Source: an uncultured virus (IMG/VR IMGVR_UViG_3300042154_002181) (taxonomy: Duplodnaviria > Heunggongvirae > Uroviricota > Caudoviricetes). Taken from it: 64,000 nucleotides of DNA. The position numbers were made by a program, and so were the translations under genes. Positions 29,472-39,020 of the stretch are shown here, piece after piece. The stretch lies in the IMG/VR virus record IMGVR_UViG_3300042154_002181; one strand, 5' to 3'. Below the pieces are notes generated by a model. It worked only from the letters and a program-made list of their open reading frames with translations, was not told where the DNA came from and searched no databases. The stretch's first letter is position 1; every line of letters begins with the position of its first letter.

Positions 29472-31088
29472 ATGAGTACAACAAAAAATGTTTTCGGAAC
29501 AGAGCTTAAAGAAAAGCTTCTGTCAGGCATAGAAAAGCTAAATGCGTCAGTTACATCTACATTAGGTCCAGGTGGTAGAACTGTTTTAATCAGAGAACAA
29601 TCTGGTGAAGTTAAAGTTACTAAGGACGGAGTAACAGTTGCAAAAGCATTCCACAAGTTAGAAGATGATATCGAAGACCTTGGAGCGCAGCTAGTTAAAC
29701 AAGTTAGTATTAAAAGTGCAAATGAAGCAGGTGATGGTACAACAACATCTACATTGATCGCTACAGAGCTTGTTAAAGCAGGCTTGAAAGAGATTCGTCA
29801 AGGATCTAATGCAGTAGAGATCAAGAATGAGATCGATAAGATTGTAAATGAAATCGTGCAAGAAATAAAAGATATGGCAATCGAAATATCTTCAGAAGAG
29901 CAAATCAAACAAGTTGCAACTATATCAGGTAATAACGATTCAGAAGTAGGTAACCTTATCAGCGAAGCTATTGATAAAGTAGGTCGTGAAGGTGTGGTTA
30001 CTATTGAAGAGTCTAAGTCTGGTGAAACAACACTCGAGATCGTAGAAGGTATGCAGTTTGATCGTGGTTATAAGTCACCTTATTTTGTGACTAATAACAC
30101 AACGATGCAAGCCGTGCTTGACAATCCTTATGTACTACTTTATGATGGTCGTATTTCTACAGCTCAAGAGCTACTACAAGTACTAACTAAAGCTAACTCT
30201 GAGAATAGACCTTTGTTGATCATCGCTGAAGACATTGGAGATGAAGCACTTGCTACACTCATTGTTAATAAGATGCGTGGCATCGTACAAGTTTGCGCAG
30301 TTAAAGCACCAGACTTTGGTGAGCGTAAGACTTTGATCCTTGAAGACATTGCTATCTTGACCGGCGGCCAAGTTATCTCTAAAGACAAAGGTTTAAAGCT
30401 TGATAAACTATCTACGCAACAACTAGCTCAGTATCTTGGATCAACTAGACTTATCACGGTTTCTAAAGAAGAGACTACTATCATTGATGGTAAAGGTGAT
30501 GAAACAGCTTTGGCTAATAGAGCGATAGAAATTAAAGAGCAAATAGAAAAGGCAACCTCTTTCTATGAGAGAGAAAAGCTACAAGAGAGATTAGGTAAAC
30601 TAGTCGGTGGTGTTGCGATCATTTCTGTTGGTGGAAATAGTGATATTGAGATCAAAGAAAAGAAAGATCGTGTAGAAGACGCCTTGTTCGCAACTAAAGC
30701 TGCACTTGCAGACGGCATTGTTCCAGGTGGTGGTGCAACTCTTTACAGAGTATCATTAAACCATAGAGCAGAGAGCAATTCAAATGTTGCTATTGCTAGA
30801 GACATTGTAAGAACCGCACTTCAATCACCATTCAAGAAGATCTTGAGTAATGCCGGAGTAGAAAACTGGTTCGAGAATATCCCAGGCGAAGGCCAAGTAT
30901 ACGATGCAAAGAGTCACAAAATAGTGAATGCTCTTGAAGCAGGTATCATTGATCCAGCAAAGGTGGTTATTACCGCCCTCAAGAATGCTGCATCCGTTGC
31001 CGGAACAATTCTAACTACAGAATCAGTTGTATTTGAAAAAAAAGACAAAGATGAAAAAGCCGACCCTATGATGGGTATGGGAATGTAA
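29472..31088 (+). CDS. groEL: Chaperonin GroEL
   Basis: TLGPGG, TKDGVTVA, AGDGTTT, EGMQFDRGY, GIVPGGG, GIIDPAKV, MGMGM tail. Confidence 0.97.
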   Translation: MSTTKNVFGTELKEKLLSGIEKLNASVTSTLGPGGRTVLIREQSGEVKVTKDGVTVAKAFHKLEDDIEDLGAQLVKQVSIKSANEAGDGTTTSTLIATELVKAGLKEIRQGSNAVEIKNEIDKIVNEIVQEIKDMAIEISSEEQIKQVATISGNNDSEVGNLISEAIDKVGREGVVTIEESKSGETTLEIVEGMQFDRGYKSPYFVTNNTTMQAVLDNPYVLLYDGRISTAQELLQVLTKANSENRPLLIIAEDIGDEALATLIVNKMRGIVQVCAVKAPDFGERKTLILEDIAILTGGQVISKDKGLKLDKLSTQQLAQYLGSTRLITVSKEETTIIDGKGDETALANRAIEIKEQIEKATSFYEREKLQERLGKLVGGVAIISVGGNSDIEIKEKKDRVEDALFATKAALADGIVPGGGATLYRVSLNHRAESNSNVAIARDIVRTALQSPFKKILSNAGVENWFENIPGEGQVYDAKSHKIVNALEAGIIDPAKVVITALKNAASVAGTILTTESVVFEKKDKDEKADPMMGMGM

Positions 31089-31097
31089 AAAATAAAG

Positions 31098-31120
31098 AGC
31101 CCTCTTCGGAGGGCTTTTTT
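31098..31120 (+). terminator. Intrinsic terminator (repeat copy 2)
   Basis: AGCCCTC-TTCG-GAGGGCT plus T run. Confidence 0.9.
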
Positions 31121-31135
31121 ACTATATTTATTAGC

Positions 31136-31909
31136 ATGAAACAGCAACTAAACGAAAGTAAAAGATTGCAGCAATTAGCTGGCATATTGAAAGAAAGTCA
31201 ATTAAATGAAGAGACATTCCTATCAAAAATGGAAAAACTAAATCCAGGATATAGTAAAGAATCTGTTTTAGCTGATTTTGAAGACGAATATGAAAAACAA
31301 GATGATTGGGGTGATATAGATGTGTCAGGAGATTACGAAGATCATCAAGAGTATCTTAAAGATGCTGAAGATTGGTTTAATAAAGTAGAGTCTACTGGTC
31401 CAACTGTAAAAGTAGGAGACTCAGTTAAAGTTTATGCTAAATCTGTAAATAAACAAGTTTTTGGAAAAATTGTTAAGGATATAGTAATGAAAGGAAGTCA
31501 TGGATTCGAAGGAGACATTAAGCCAAATAAAATTCCTGGCTGGTGGATTCAATGCTATAAAGATCCAAATATGACACAAAAAATTGGTACTTTAGCATAT
31601 CCGCAATTTGAAGAAGGTATATCTTTTGAAAAAATAGATACACAAAATGAAGGATATCAAGGCACACCTTCGTATAGTCCAGGATCTTCTGATGCTAATG
31701 ATTGGGATCAAGGTGTTGATATAGAAATAAAAAGTAAAATTGACGATAAATTAAAAGACAAAGTAATTAAAAGATTACAAAAAAGGGGTATAGATGCCAA
31801 ATTTAGAGTAAGTGCAAGTAACGGAAAAAATTATTTACGTGTTGCATTTGCTGGTGATGATGAGAATGCTGGTGAAGAATTACGTAAATTAGGTATAAAA
31901 TACTATTAA
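31136..31909 (+). CDS. Hypothetical protein, candidate head-internal protein
   Basis: N-terminus MKQQLNESKRLQQLAGILKESQLNEE; ATATTTAT upstream. Confidence 0.55.
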   Translation: MKQQLNESKRLQQLAGILKESQLNEETFLSKMEKLNPGYSKESVLADFEDEYEKQDDWGDIDVSGDYEDHQEYLKDAEDWFNKVESTGPTVKVGDSVKVYAKSVNKQVFGKIVKDIVMKGSHGFEGDIKPNKIPGWWIQCYKDPNMTQKIGTLAYPQFEEGISFEKIDTQNEGYQGTPSYSPGSSDANDWDQGVDIEIKSKIDDKLKDKVIKRLQKRGIDAKFRVSASNGKNYLRVAFAGDDENAGEELRKLGIKYY

Positions 31910-31934
31910 TCCTAAATAAAAATTTCAAAATAAA

Positions 31935-31956
31935 GCCCCACTAAAGTGGGGTTTTT
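31935..31956 (+). terminator. Intrinsic terminator
   Basis: GCCCCAC-taaa-GTGGGGT plus T run. Confidence 0.8.
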
Positions 31957-31971
31957 ATAATATTTATTCAT

Positions 31972-32199
31972 ATGAAAAAAGAATTATTAGAAATAGAAGT
32001 ACTACGTAAAAGAGCTGGCATAGATGATAAACAAATAAATGTTCTTTCTAGGATTCTAAATTTTTTACCAGATGCTGTAGTAGATGCTGGTGAAAAATTA
32101 GAAAAAGAATTGAGAAAATCTGGCGTAAAATTAGAATCTAACGCTAAATTAATAAATGCAATAGAAGATTTAGTTTTGGCAGCTAAACACTCAAAATAA
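31972..32199 (+). CDS. Small hypothetical protein
   Basis: 75 aa; LLE...LRKRAGI; ATATTTAT upstream. Confidence 0.55.
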   Translation: MKKELLEIEVLRKRAGIDDKQINVLSRILNFLPDAVVDAGEKLEKELRKSGVKLESNAKLINAIEDLVLAAKHSK

Positions 32200-32209
32200 A
32201 AAGTAAAAT

Positions 32210-32232
32210 AGCCCTCTTCGGAGGGCTTTTTT
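32210..32232 (+). terminator. Intrinsic terminator (repeat copy 3)
   Basis: AGCCCTC-TTCG-GAGGGCT plus T run. Confidence 0.9.
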
Positions 32233-32291
32233 ATTCTACTTGCTAGATAGATTTCCTAGATCCTATAGAATAGCTTAAATTTATAGAAAAT

Positions 32292-33227
32292 ATGGTTATG
32301 AAAGCAGCTGTTATAGGAATGCTCAACAATGTTGGTAACTCTACTTCTCACCATGGTGGAGGCTACTACCACGTTATGTTAAGTATACTAAGAAGTTATC
32401 ATCCTGAAGGATTGACTGTTAATCCTGAACCTTCTACTTGGAATGAATATGAAAGACTCTATATTTTAGAAGGAGTCAACTATCAAGAGAACATCTTTAA
32501 CTTTATTGGAGGGCCTCAACCTGAACACAAAGAAAAGCTAGAAGCCATGGCAAAATATACTGGGCTTCCTATAGCAGTCAACACTCCTATTGATATGAAT
32601 GTTTTCAATAAGAGGTTTGGGGTTGATCATCAATTCTCGGCTATCAATACTATACCATATGCTAGACTATATGGAGAAGATACTAGAAAGCTAGTAAGAG
32701 GTGACTCTCACTCACTTAGTGTTTGGAAGCCTGGTTTTGGTCTTGATAGAACCGACGGTAAAACTCTATTCGGCTTCTTAAAAGACGCAGACTCTTTAGT
32801 TGATGTTTGGAATGAAAAGTATGACGAAGTCATTTTATACTTTGGTAATATTGATCTTCGCTTTCACTTAATGAGACAAGAAAATCCAAGAGCAGCAGTA
32901 GGAGATCTATTTAGAAGATATATAGAGTTTGCTAAGAAATTAAATAATGCAACTCTAGTTAATTTATTACCTATTGAGCACGAAAGTCGTAAATTACCAG
33001 GTACAGGTTTATATCTCAAACAACCATACTTTGGTACTAGACAAGAAAGAATGGATTTAAGAGACGCGGCAAATAGGATAATGAATAACTCAGGCCTTAA
33101 AACAATTCAATGGCCAGACGAATGGATTGATGAAGATGGCATGAAGATGTTTGAGTATATGGAGCCTAAACAGTCAGTGCATTTGAAACCTAAATACTAT
33201 ATGTTCGCAAACGAATTTATAAAATAA
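32292..33227 (+). CDS. Hypothetical protein with SGNH/GDSL-like C-terminal domain
   Basis: GDSH, FGNID, C-terminal SVHL. Confidence 0.5.
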   Translation: MVMKAAVIGMLNNVGNSTSHHGGGYYHVMLSILRSYHPEGLTVNPEPSTWNEYERLYILEGVNYQENIFNFIGGPQPEHKEKLEAMAKYTGLPIAVNTPIDMNVFNKRFGVDHQFSAINTIPYARLYGEDTRKLVRGDSHSLSVWKPGFGLDRTDGKTLFGFLKDADSLVDVWNEKYDEVILYFGNIDLRFHLMRQENPRAAVGDLFRRYIEFAKKLNNATLVNLLPIEHESRKLPGTGLYLKQPYFGTRQERMDLRDAANRIMNNSGLKTIQWPDEWIDEDGMKMFEYMEPKQSVHLKPKYYMFANEFIK

Positions 33228-33228
33228 T

Positions 33229-34272
33229 ATGCAGAAATTTATAATTAATGAAAAGTTACTTGAGGCCTTAGATGAATACGATAAACGTAGCCTCTTAATG
33301 CAACAGCATGGAAGCCTAAAGCTTCCTTATGATGGAGACCTATACAAAGATGTAAATGACGACTTGATTTATCATGTGCCTATTTATGATACGGCGCACC
33401 GTAGATTTGCTGCATTCTGTGCATTCACTGAAGCTGTATGGTATAAAGAGAAAGACTTAAGAGGAATGGGTAATCACTTTACACATCATAACATTAAAGA
33501 TGACTTCGATTGGTTCATGTTATTTTACTTATTCAGACTCTGTGGTTCTGGTATCAATTATGTGCCTAGATATAAGACAGATCATATCAAGGACATCCTG
33601 GGTACGCATGGCTTCGGTAATTTCTGGATTGTGGATTCTATATTGAAAGAACATTACACATGGCCAGAATGGAAGCAGGACCTTTATAATAGGATCACGC
33701 CATTTACAGACAACAAAGGGTACTTACTTCCTCAATTTACTTTTGAAGGAGAAACAAGAGGTCACTTGAGACGTTTTATTCTTGAACATGCAGAAGGTTT
33801 AGTTAGACATCTTTATGATGCAGTTACTAAAAAGAAGCTTGACATCTACCAAGTAACAGACTTAGGTAATGAGTACTTAAATAATATAGGATTCAAAAGA
33901 CAAAACTTTGTTGTAACAGCATTTGCAGCAGATCTAGCAGAGTATTTTCCACAGTATGTTAATCCTAAAGGCTGGGTTTATGCAGGCACTAACGCGGTTC
34001 GTTGTATTAAAGCTATATTTCCTAAAGTTAGTCCTAAAGTAAAAGAGTTTGAATACATTAACGAAGTACTTCAATTCTTATCTAATAGATATAACTTAAA
34101 TCCTATTGATTGTGAAGATAGCAGAGCATGTGACGTAGTACGCTATTTTCAAGAATATCAATCAGACGATCACATTATAAAAAACAACGGTCGTAGGATG
34201 AGCAATAACACAATTCTTAAACAAACGTGGGGTCATGACAAATATTATGACTTCGCTCGCAAATTAAAATAA
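33229..34272 (+). CDS. Putative amino acid:DNA transferase (aGPT-Pplase family, HhH-glycosylase-like fold)
   Basis: FYLFR, F...A.AADL, YAGTNA and D.ED..CD..RY resemble family motifs; next to a PLP enzyme and dUMP-pathway genes. Confidence 0.55.
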   Translation: MQKFIINEKLLEALDEYDKRSLLMQQHGSLKLPYDGDLYKDVNDDLIYHVPIYDTAHRRFAAFCAFTEAVWYKEKDLRGMGNHFTHHNIKDDFDWFMLFYLFRLCGSGINYVPRYKTDHIKDILGTHGFGNFWIVDSILKEHYTWPEWKQDLYNRITPFTDNKGYLLPQFTFEGETRGHLRRFILEHAEGLVRHLYDAVTKKKLDIYQVTDLGNEYLNNIGFKRQNFVVTAFAADLAEYFPQYVNPKGWVYAGTNAVRCIKAIFPKVSPKVKEFEYINEVLQFLSNRYNLNPIDCEDSRACDVVRYFQEYQSDDHIIKNNGRRMSNNTILKQTWGHDKYYDFARKLK

Positions 34273-34282
34273 AACAAAAAAA

Positions 34283-34966
34283 ATGAAAAAAATCGCACTC
34301 ATAGTAGTTAGTCTACTAACAGTATTAGTTAGTTGTAAGACAAATGAAGATATTAAATCTGATAAAGCTGTAAAGATTCACCAAGGATCTTTTGCTTTCT
34401 GTGGTGCATCAGCCGCAATTCCTACCGGAAAAAAGATTGTTGTTCAAGGAGTAGAATATGATGAAGGATGCGCAATATGCCCTGTATTAACAGGACCATC
34501 TATTTCTAATTTAGCAATGGAAGGTATTAGCGGAACTTACGGAAAGTTTAATGTAAACGAAAACTTCCAAACTCCTGACGGAACTGACACTACTGTCTGG
34601 TCTTTATTTTGGTACTATGATTCAGCAACTACAGTACCTCAATTTAATCCAGCATCTAAGGAGTGGGAATTATTACCACCAGTAAATCGTGCATTTATTG
34701 TAAATCTTGATCATCCAAGCACAAGCGAAAGTAATATGTTTGCTATGCCAGGTATTATCTTTGATACAACATCTACAGGTATTATATTAGCAAGAGTATA
34801 CGGACCACTTAATGAAGCAGCAGTTCCACTTCGTAAAGCTGTTCCTGTTACATCTGGAATGAAATCTATTACTGCGGCTAAAGATAGTTTTCCATATCCT
34901 GTAGGAACTCCTGTGCCTATTATTGAATTAAGCAAAGAACTTCAAAAAGAAGAAAAAAATAAATAA
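34283..34966 (+). CDS. Predicted lipoprotein
   Basis: MKKIALIVVSLLTVLVSC lipobox; three further Cys. Confidence 0.7.
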   Translation: MKKIALIVVSLLTVLVSCKTNEDIKSDKAVKIHQGSFAFCGASAAIPTGKKIVVQGVEYDEGCAICPVLTGPSISNLAMEGISGTYGKFNVNENFQTPDGTDTTVWSLFWYYDSATTVPQFNPASKEWELLPPVNRAFIVNLDHPSTSESNMFAMPGIIFDTTSTGIILARVYGPLNEAAVPLRKAVPVTSGMKSITAAKDSFPYPVGTPVPIIELSKELQKEEKNK

Positions 34967-34974
34967 AAAAACTG

Positions 34975-35862
34975 ATGTTTTTAAACAAAGCGACAGATCA
35001 ATCGAACTTAGACATGTCAGGTGGTAGAGATCTAAACTACTATCTAGAAATGACAAAAGACTATAAGCCTGATTTTGAATTCATGCTAAAACAAGCAGAA
35101 GGTTTTACAATAGTCGATGATGGAGAATTTCAATATGGTAGTAAAGCCAAGATGGGAGACTTCATGATCAGCCAAGTAAAAGAAGACACTTTAGTTTACG
35201 TAGCACCAAGAACAGGATATGCTCCTTATTCACTTACGTATCTTGCAAAAAAATATAACAAGAAGCTTATACTATTTATGCCCGCGTCTAAAGAAGCATC
35301 TGAACATCAGTTAAGAGTTATTGAAGATGGGGCAACGCCAATATTTTTAAAGACTCCTGCTATGCCGACTATTAATGCCTGGGCAAAAAACTTTGCAGAA
35401 AAGATTGGCGCAAAATATCTACCATTCGGCCTTAAGCATGAGCAAGTTGTAGCCGGAGGAGTTAGAATATTTCATGAAGCATTTAAAGATAAAAGAATTC
35501 CAAATATGTGGTCAGTATTTTCCACAGGAGTGCTATCTAGAACACTTCAGATTGCTTTACCTAACACAAAGTTTAATGCAGTAGCAGTTGCAAGAAATGT
35601 ACAACCTGGTGAATTAGGCAGAGCTAAGTTTTATACTCATGATAGAGCATTTTTAAAAGAGTCTAGAATAATTCCGCCATTTGATTGCATACAAACTTAT
35701 GACGCTAAAGGTTGGGAACTCATGAAAAAATACGGCCACTTAGGAGATTGGTTCTGGAATGTGGCTAGAAATATGCCCAAGCCTACAATTAAAGCAAGTG
35801 ATGTTGATTCTCAAAGAGAGTGGGGCGATAAATCTGATATTACTAGGTACTTAGGACTTTAG
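34975..35862 (+). CDS. PLP-dependent enzyme (fold type II, phage type)
   Basis: GSKAK lysine motif, LVYV.PR.G.A..SL..LA..Y.KKL.LFMP, STGVL, YDAK, FWNVA. Confidence 0.7.
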   Translation: MFLNKATDQSNLDMSGGRDLNYYLEMTKDYKPDFEFMLKQAEGFTIVDDGEFQYGSKAKMGDFMISQVKEDTLVYVAPRTGYAPYSLTYLAKKYNKKLILFMPASKEASEHQLRVIEDGATPIFLKTPAMPTINAWAKNFAEKIGAKYLPFGLKHEQVVAGGVRIFHEAFKDKRIPNMWSVFSTGVLSRTLQIALPNTKFNAVAVARNVQPGELGRAKFYTHDRAFLKESRIIPPFDCIQTYDAKGWELMKKYGHLGDWFWNVARNMPKPTIKASDVDSQREWGDKSDITRYLGL

Positions 35863-35898
35863 TTTTACCATTTCGATATTATTTTTTATATTTATCCT

Positions 35899-36204
35899 AT
35901 GAATATACTTGAACAAGCAAACGAGATCATCTACAAGAGATCTGAAGAAAAGGCCCGTCAATATGGGCCAATGCAAGACGGTATGCAAGAAGCTGCCAAG
36001 ATTGCATCGTTATTAAGCCGTAAAGAGTTAACTGCAGTTGATATGTACAACTGTATGATTGCACTTAAGTTGTCGAGACAGGCTTATAACCATAAACAGG
36101 ACAATCTCCTAGATTGTGTTGCATATATGGCTTCACTAAATGATTACCAAAATGATTTACAAAATGAAACTACAAAAGTTACGAAACGTAAAAACACCAA
36201 ATAG
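35899..36204 (+). CDS. DUF6378-like phage protein
   Basis: ILEQA..I...R...YG, M..LKLSR....HK.DN..D...Y. Confidence 0.7.
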   Translation: MNILEQANEIIYKRSEEKARQYGPMQDGMQEAAKIASLLSRKELTAVDMYNCMIALKLSRQAYNHKQDNLLDCVAYMASLNDYQNDLQNETTKVTKRKNTK

Positions 36205-36592
36205 AGGAACATCTTCATCAGCAGGAATAGACTTCTATGTGCCAGAAGATTTTGAAACAGTGTCACTAAAACCAGGAGAGTCAGTATTAATTCCATCAGG
36301 AATTAAAGTTCAAGTTCCTAGAGGTTATGCATTGATTGCATTTAATAAATCAGGAGTAGCAGTAAAACAAGGTCTCTCTGTTGGCGCTTGTGTTGTTGAT
36401 GAAGATTATGAAGGAGAAGTTCATTTACACATGATTAATACTTCAGATATGCCTCAAATAATTGCCACAGGACAAAAATTAGTTCAGTTTGTATTAATTC
36501 CTGTTGCTTATTTTGATGTAGAGGAAGTTGAAGAATTACAATCTAGAAATACAGAAAGAGGTTCAGGAGGGTTCGGTTCAACTGGATTATAA
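36164..36592 (+). CDS. dut: dUTPase (trimeric)
   Basis: AGIDF, KSG, VVDEDYEGE, RGSGGFGSTG. Confidence 0.93.
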   Translation: MKLQKLRNVKTPNRGTSSSAGIDFYVPEDFETVSLKPGESVLIPSGIKVQVPRGYALIAFNKSGVAVKQGLSVGACVVDEDYEGEVHLHMINTSDMPQIIATGQKLVQFVLIPVAYFDVEEVEELQSRNTERGSGGFGSTGL

Positions 36593-36593
36593 T

Positions 36594-36995
36594 ATGAATA
36601 AACTAGACAAAGTATTTATAAACATAGCAAAAGAAACATCTACTCTGTCACACTGCGTTCGATCTAAGGTAGGCGCAGTTTTAGTTAAAGACGGCAACTT
36701 GATAAGTTTTGGATATAATGGGACTCCTTCTGGTATGGACAATTGTTGCGAGAGAGATAATGTCACTCTACCTCATGTTATCCATGCTGAAATAAATGTA
36801 ATTATTAAAGCAGCCAAGACAGGCAACTCTGTAGATGGTTCCACTTTGTACTTAACACTTAGTCCTTGTTTAGACTGCTCCAAAGTTATTTTGCAATCAG
36901 GAATAAAAAGAGTTGTATATTTGAATCAGTATCGTAATTTAGAAGGCGTTAACTTTCTTAAACAGTTTATAGAAGTAGAACAATATGGAGACTAA
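36594..36995 (+). CDS. dCMP deaminase
   Basis: VGAVLV, GYNG, HAE, SPCLDC. Confidence 0.92.
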   Translation: MNKLDKVFINIAKETSTLSHCVRSKVGAVLVKDGNLISFGYNGTPSGMDNCCERDNVTLPHVIHAEINVIIKAAKTGNSVDGSTLYLTLSPCLDCSKVILQSGIKRVVYLNQYRNLEGVNFLKQFIEVEQYGD

Positions 36996-37632
36996 AAAAT
37001 ACATTACACCAACCAGTGCATTCGAGAATCTGTTTCACTACATCATTGACAAAGGTGAAGACTTTGCAGGTACCAAAGCAATATTTAATTCATCATTCAC
37101 TATACAAGATCCTACACAAAAAGTAATTACTTCACCAAAGCGTAAGTTTAATCAAGACTATGCAGAATACGAATGGGAATGGTATCGTAAAGGAGATCGT
37201 GATGCAAAAGAAATAGGTGAACGTGCCAAGATCTGGAATCAAATGATGGTACCAGGTACTACAGAAGTTAATTCTAATTATGGATACTTTTGGAATTACA
37301 ACGATCAACTTAATCGCGTTGTCAATGATCTAAAGCTAAATAAAGAAACTAGACGAGCTATTATAGTTCACTACATTTTGCATGAGTTAGACAGATACAA
37401 ATATGATACACCGTGTAATGATGTACTTAATTTTTATATTAAAGACGGTAAGCTAGAATTAACTATATTTGCTAGATCTATCGATCTTGTCTTTGGCTTC
37501 TGTAATGATCAATACACATTTGCTAAACTTATGGAACACGTATCTTACAGAACCGGATATCCTGTAGGTCAAATGCATTTCTTTATAACAAACTTACATA
37601 TCTATCCAAGACATTACGACATGTTTAATTAA
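36985..37632 (+). CDS. Thymidylate synthase-family enzyme (TS or dUMP hydroxymethylase)
   Basis: TRRA, catalytic PC, RSID..FG..ND (Asn implies dUMP preference), LHIY; short, 215 aa. Confidence 0.85.
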   Translation: METKKYITPTSAFENLFHYIIDKGEDFAGTKAIFNSSFTIQDPTQKVITSPKRKFNQDYAEYEWEWYRKGDRDAKEIGERAKIWNQMMVPGTTEVNSNYGYFWNYNDQLNRVVNDLKLNKETRRAIIVHYILHELDRYKYDTPCNDVLNFYIKDGKLELTIFARSIDLVFGFCNDQYTFAKLMEHVSYRTGYPVGQMHFFITNLHIYPRHYDMFN

Positions 37633-37637
37633 TATCT

Positions 37638-37889
37638 ATGACAGTAGTAGACAAAATATACAACCTGCTTTCTGATGGCAAAATATCAGATCTAGCAGAG
37701 ATGAAAGAGTGGTTTAAAATGGAAGAAGAGCAGCAGCTAATAAAAGCTATTATGTACACTCTAGATGAAGACGGGCATACAGGAGAATGGAAGATTAAAT
37801 TTGCTAAAGATTATTGTAAAAAAATAAATGAAGGTTATGATTTTTCCAACAAAAATGTCAAGAGAAGTCTTAGAGGTAAAACTCTCTAA
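37638..37889 (+). CDS. Hypothetical protein
   Basis: 83-aa ORF in operon. Confidence 0.45.
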   Translation: MTVVDKIYNLLSDGKISDLAEMKEWFKMEEEQQLIKAIMYTLDEDGHTGEWKIKFAKDYCKKINEGYDFSNKNVKRSLRGKTL

Positions 37890-38346
37890 GCTACAGAAAA
37901 AAAACTACAATCAATTTATTTGGTGGAGACGCTATCAACAAAGGCAGATCTTACCAGATAAAAGTAGTTTACATGATAAAATAGCTAATGGCGATTATGA
38001 ACCCTCAGACTACTACTATCAAGCAGAACACGAGAACTATCTTCTTGAAGATGCTATAAAAGACATGAAGCACTATGATGATAAGCTAGATAAGATTAGC
38101 TTATTTAGAGCCAGATACAAAAAGCTTCATGAAGACTTCCTAAAAGATGAAGCAGAGACTACAAAGAATATGAAAAAAGACTTTTGTAAGGAATTCGGCA
38201 TGCCTAAGGAAGATCTTGAAAATATGATGGAAGATTTTGATGGAACCGTGATGGATCTATATGCTCATTGTGTACAGCTAAAAAATGGCAGATTTGCAAA
38301 TAGCATGAAAATGTCTAAAGTATTAGCATCTGAAAATTTTTATTAA
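37828..38346 (+). CDS. Hypothetical protein
   Basis: 172-aa ORF (YNQF.WWRR). Confidence 0.55.
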   Translation: MKVMIFPTKMSREVLEVKLSKLQKKNYNQFIWWRRYQQRQILPDKSSLHDKIANGDYEPSDYYYQAEHENYLLEDAIKDMKHYDDKLDKISLFRARYKKLHEDFLKDEAETTKNMKKDFCKEFGMPKEDLENMMEDFDGTVMDLYAHCVQLKNGRFANSMKMSKVLASENFY

Positions 38347-38398
38347 ACTATAGACATAGTTTTTATTCTTTTTTATTTTTTTCATATATTTGTTATAA

Positions 38399-38980
38399 AT
38401 GGAGGTTATGAATATTATCGCAGAAGATTCTTTTTTCAAGAGTTTGAGGAAATTAAGATGGCATGAAAGCCCTATTTATAAGGCTTATGATGCCGTACGA
38501 TACGGACTCCCTGGGTTCATTAGGAACGTTTGGAGTTTTCGCCGTGAATTGTGGTCTCACCGCTGGTGGGATTATCGGTTTACTTTAGAAGTGTTAAAAA
38601 AATCTCTTGAGATTCAAGAAGCTGGAATGATAGTAGGTGGAAATGAAGAATCTACGAGTCTAAACAAGAAGCTAGCTAAAATGAGAAGGGCTATAGAGTT
38701 ATTGGAAAATAAGATACAAGACAGCTATCTAGAGAGGATTGAAAAAGAGTTTGGAGAATTGTACCTATCAGATTTTGGTTTTGAAAAGACTGATAATGGA
38801 AATTATATGTTAGTCGATGAAGAGACAGAAGAACAGAAGTTACATAACAAAATGATCTTCAGTAAAGCACATCAACTAGAAGCAAAAGAGTGGAAAGAAT
38901 TATGGCAGATAATAGAAGGGAAAAAATATAAGGAGTATAAAGATTATGACGGATCAGATTTAAGAGGCTGGTGGGATTGA
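38399..38980 (+). CDS. Hypothetical protein
   Basis: 193-aa ORF ending GSDLRGWWD. Confidence 0.6.
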   Translation: MEVMNIIAEDSFFKSLRKLRWHESPIYKAYDAVRYGLPGFIRNVWSFRRELWSHRWWDYRFTLEVLKKSLEIQEAGMIVGGNEESTSLNKKLAKMRRAIELLENKIQDSYLERIEKEFGELYLSDFGFEKTDNGNYMLVDEETEEQKLHNKMIFSKAHQLEAKEWKELWQIIEGKKYKEYKDYDGSDLRGWWD

Positions 38981-39020
38981 TTAGCGGCATTAGCGATGTA
39001 ACCAATTTAAAAAATATAAT

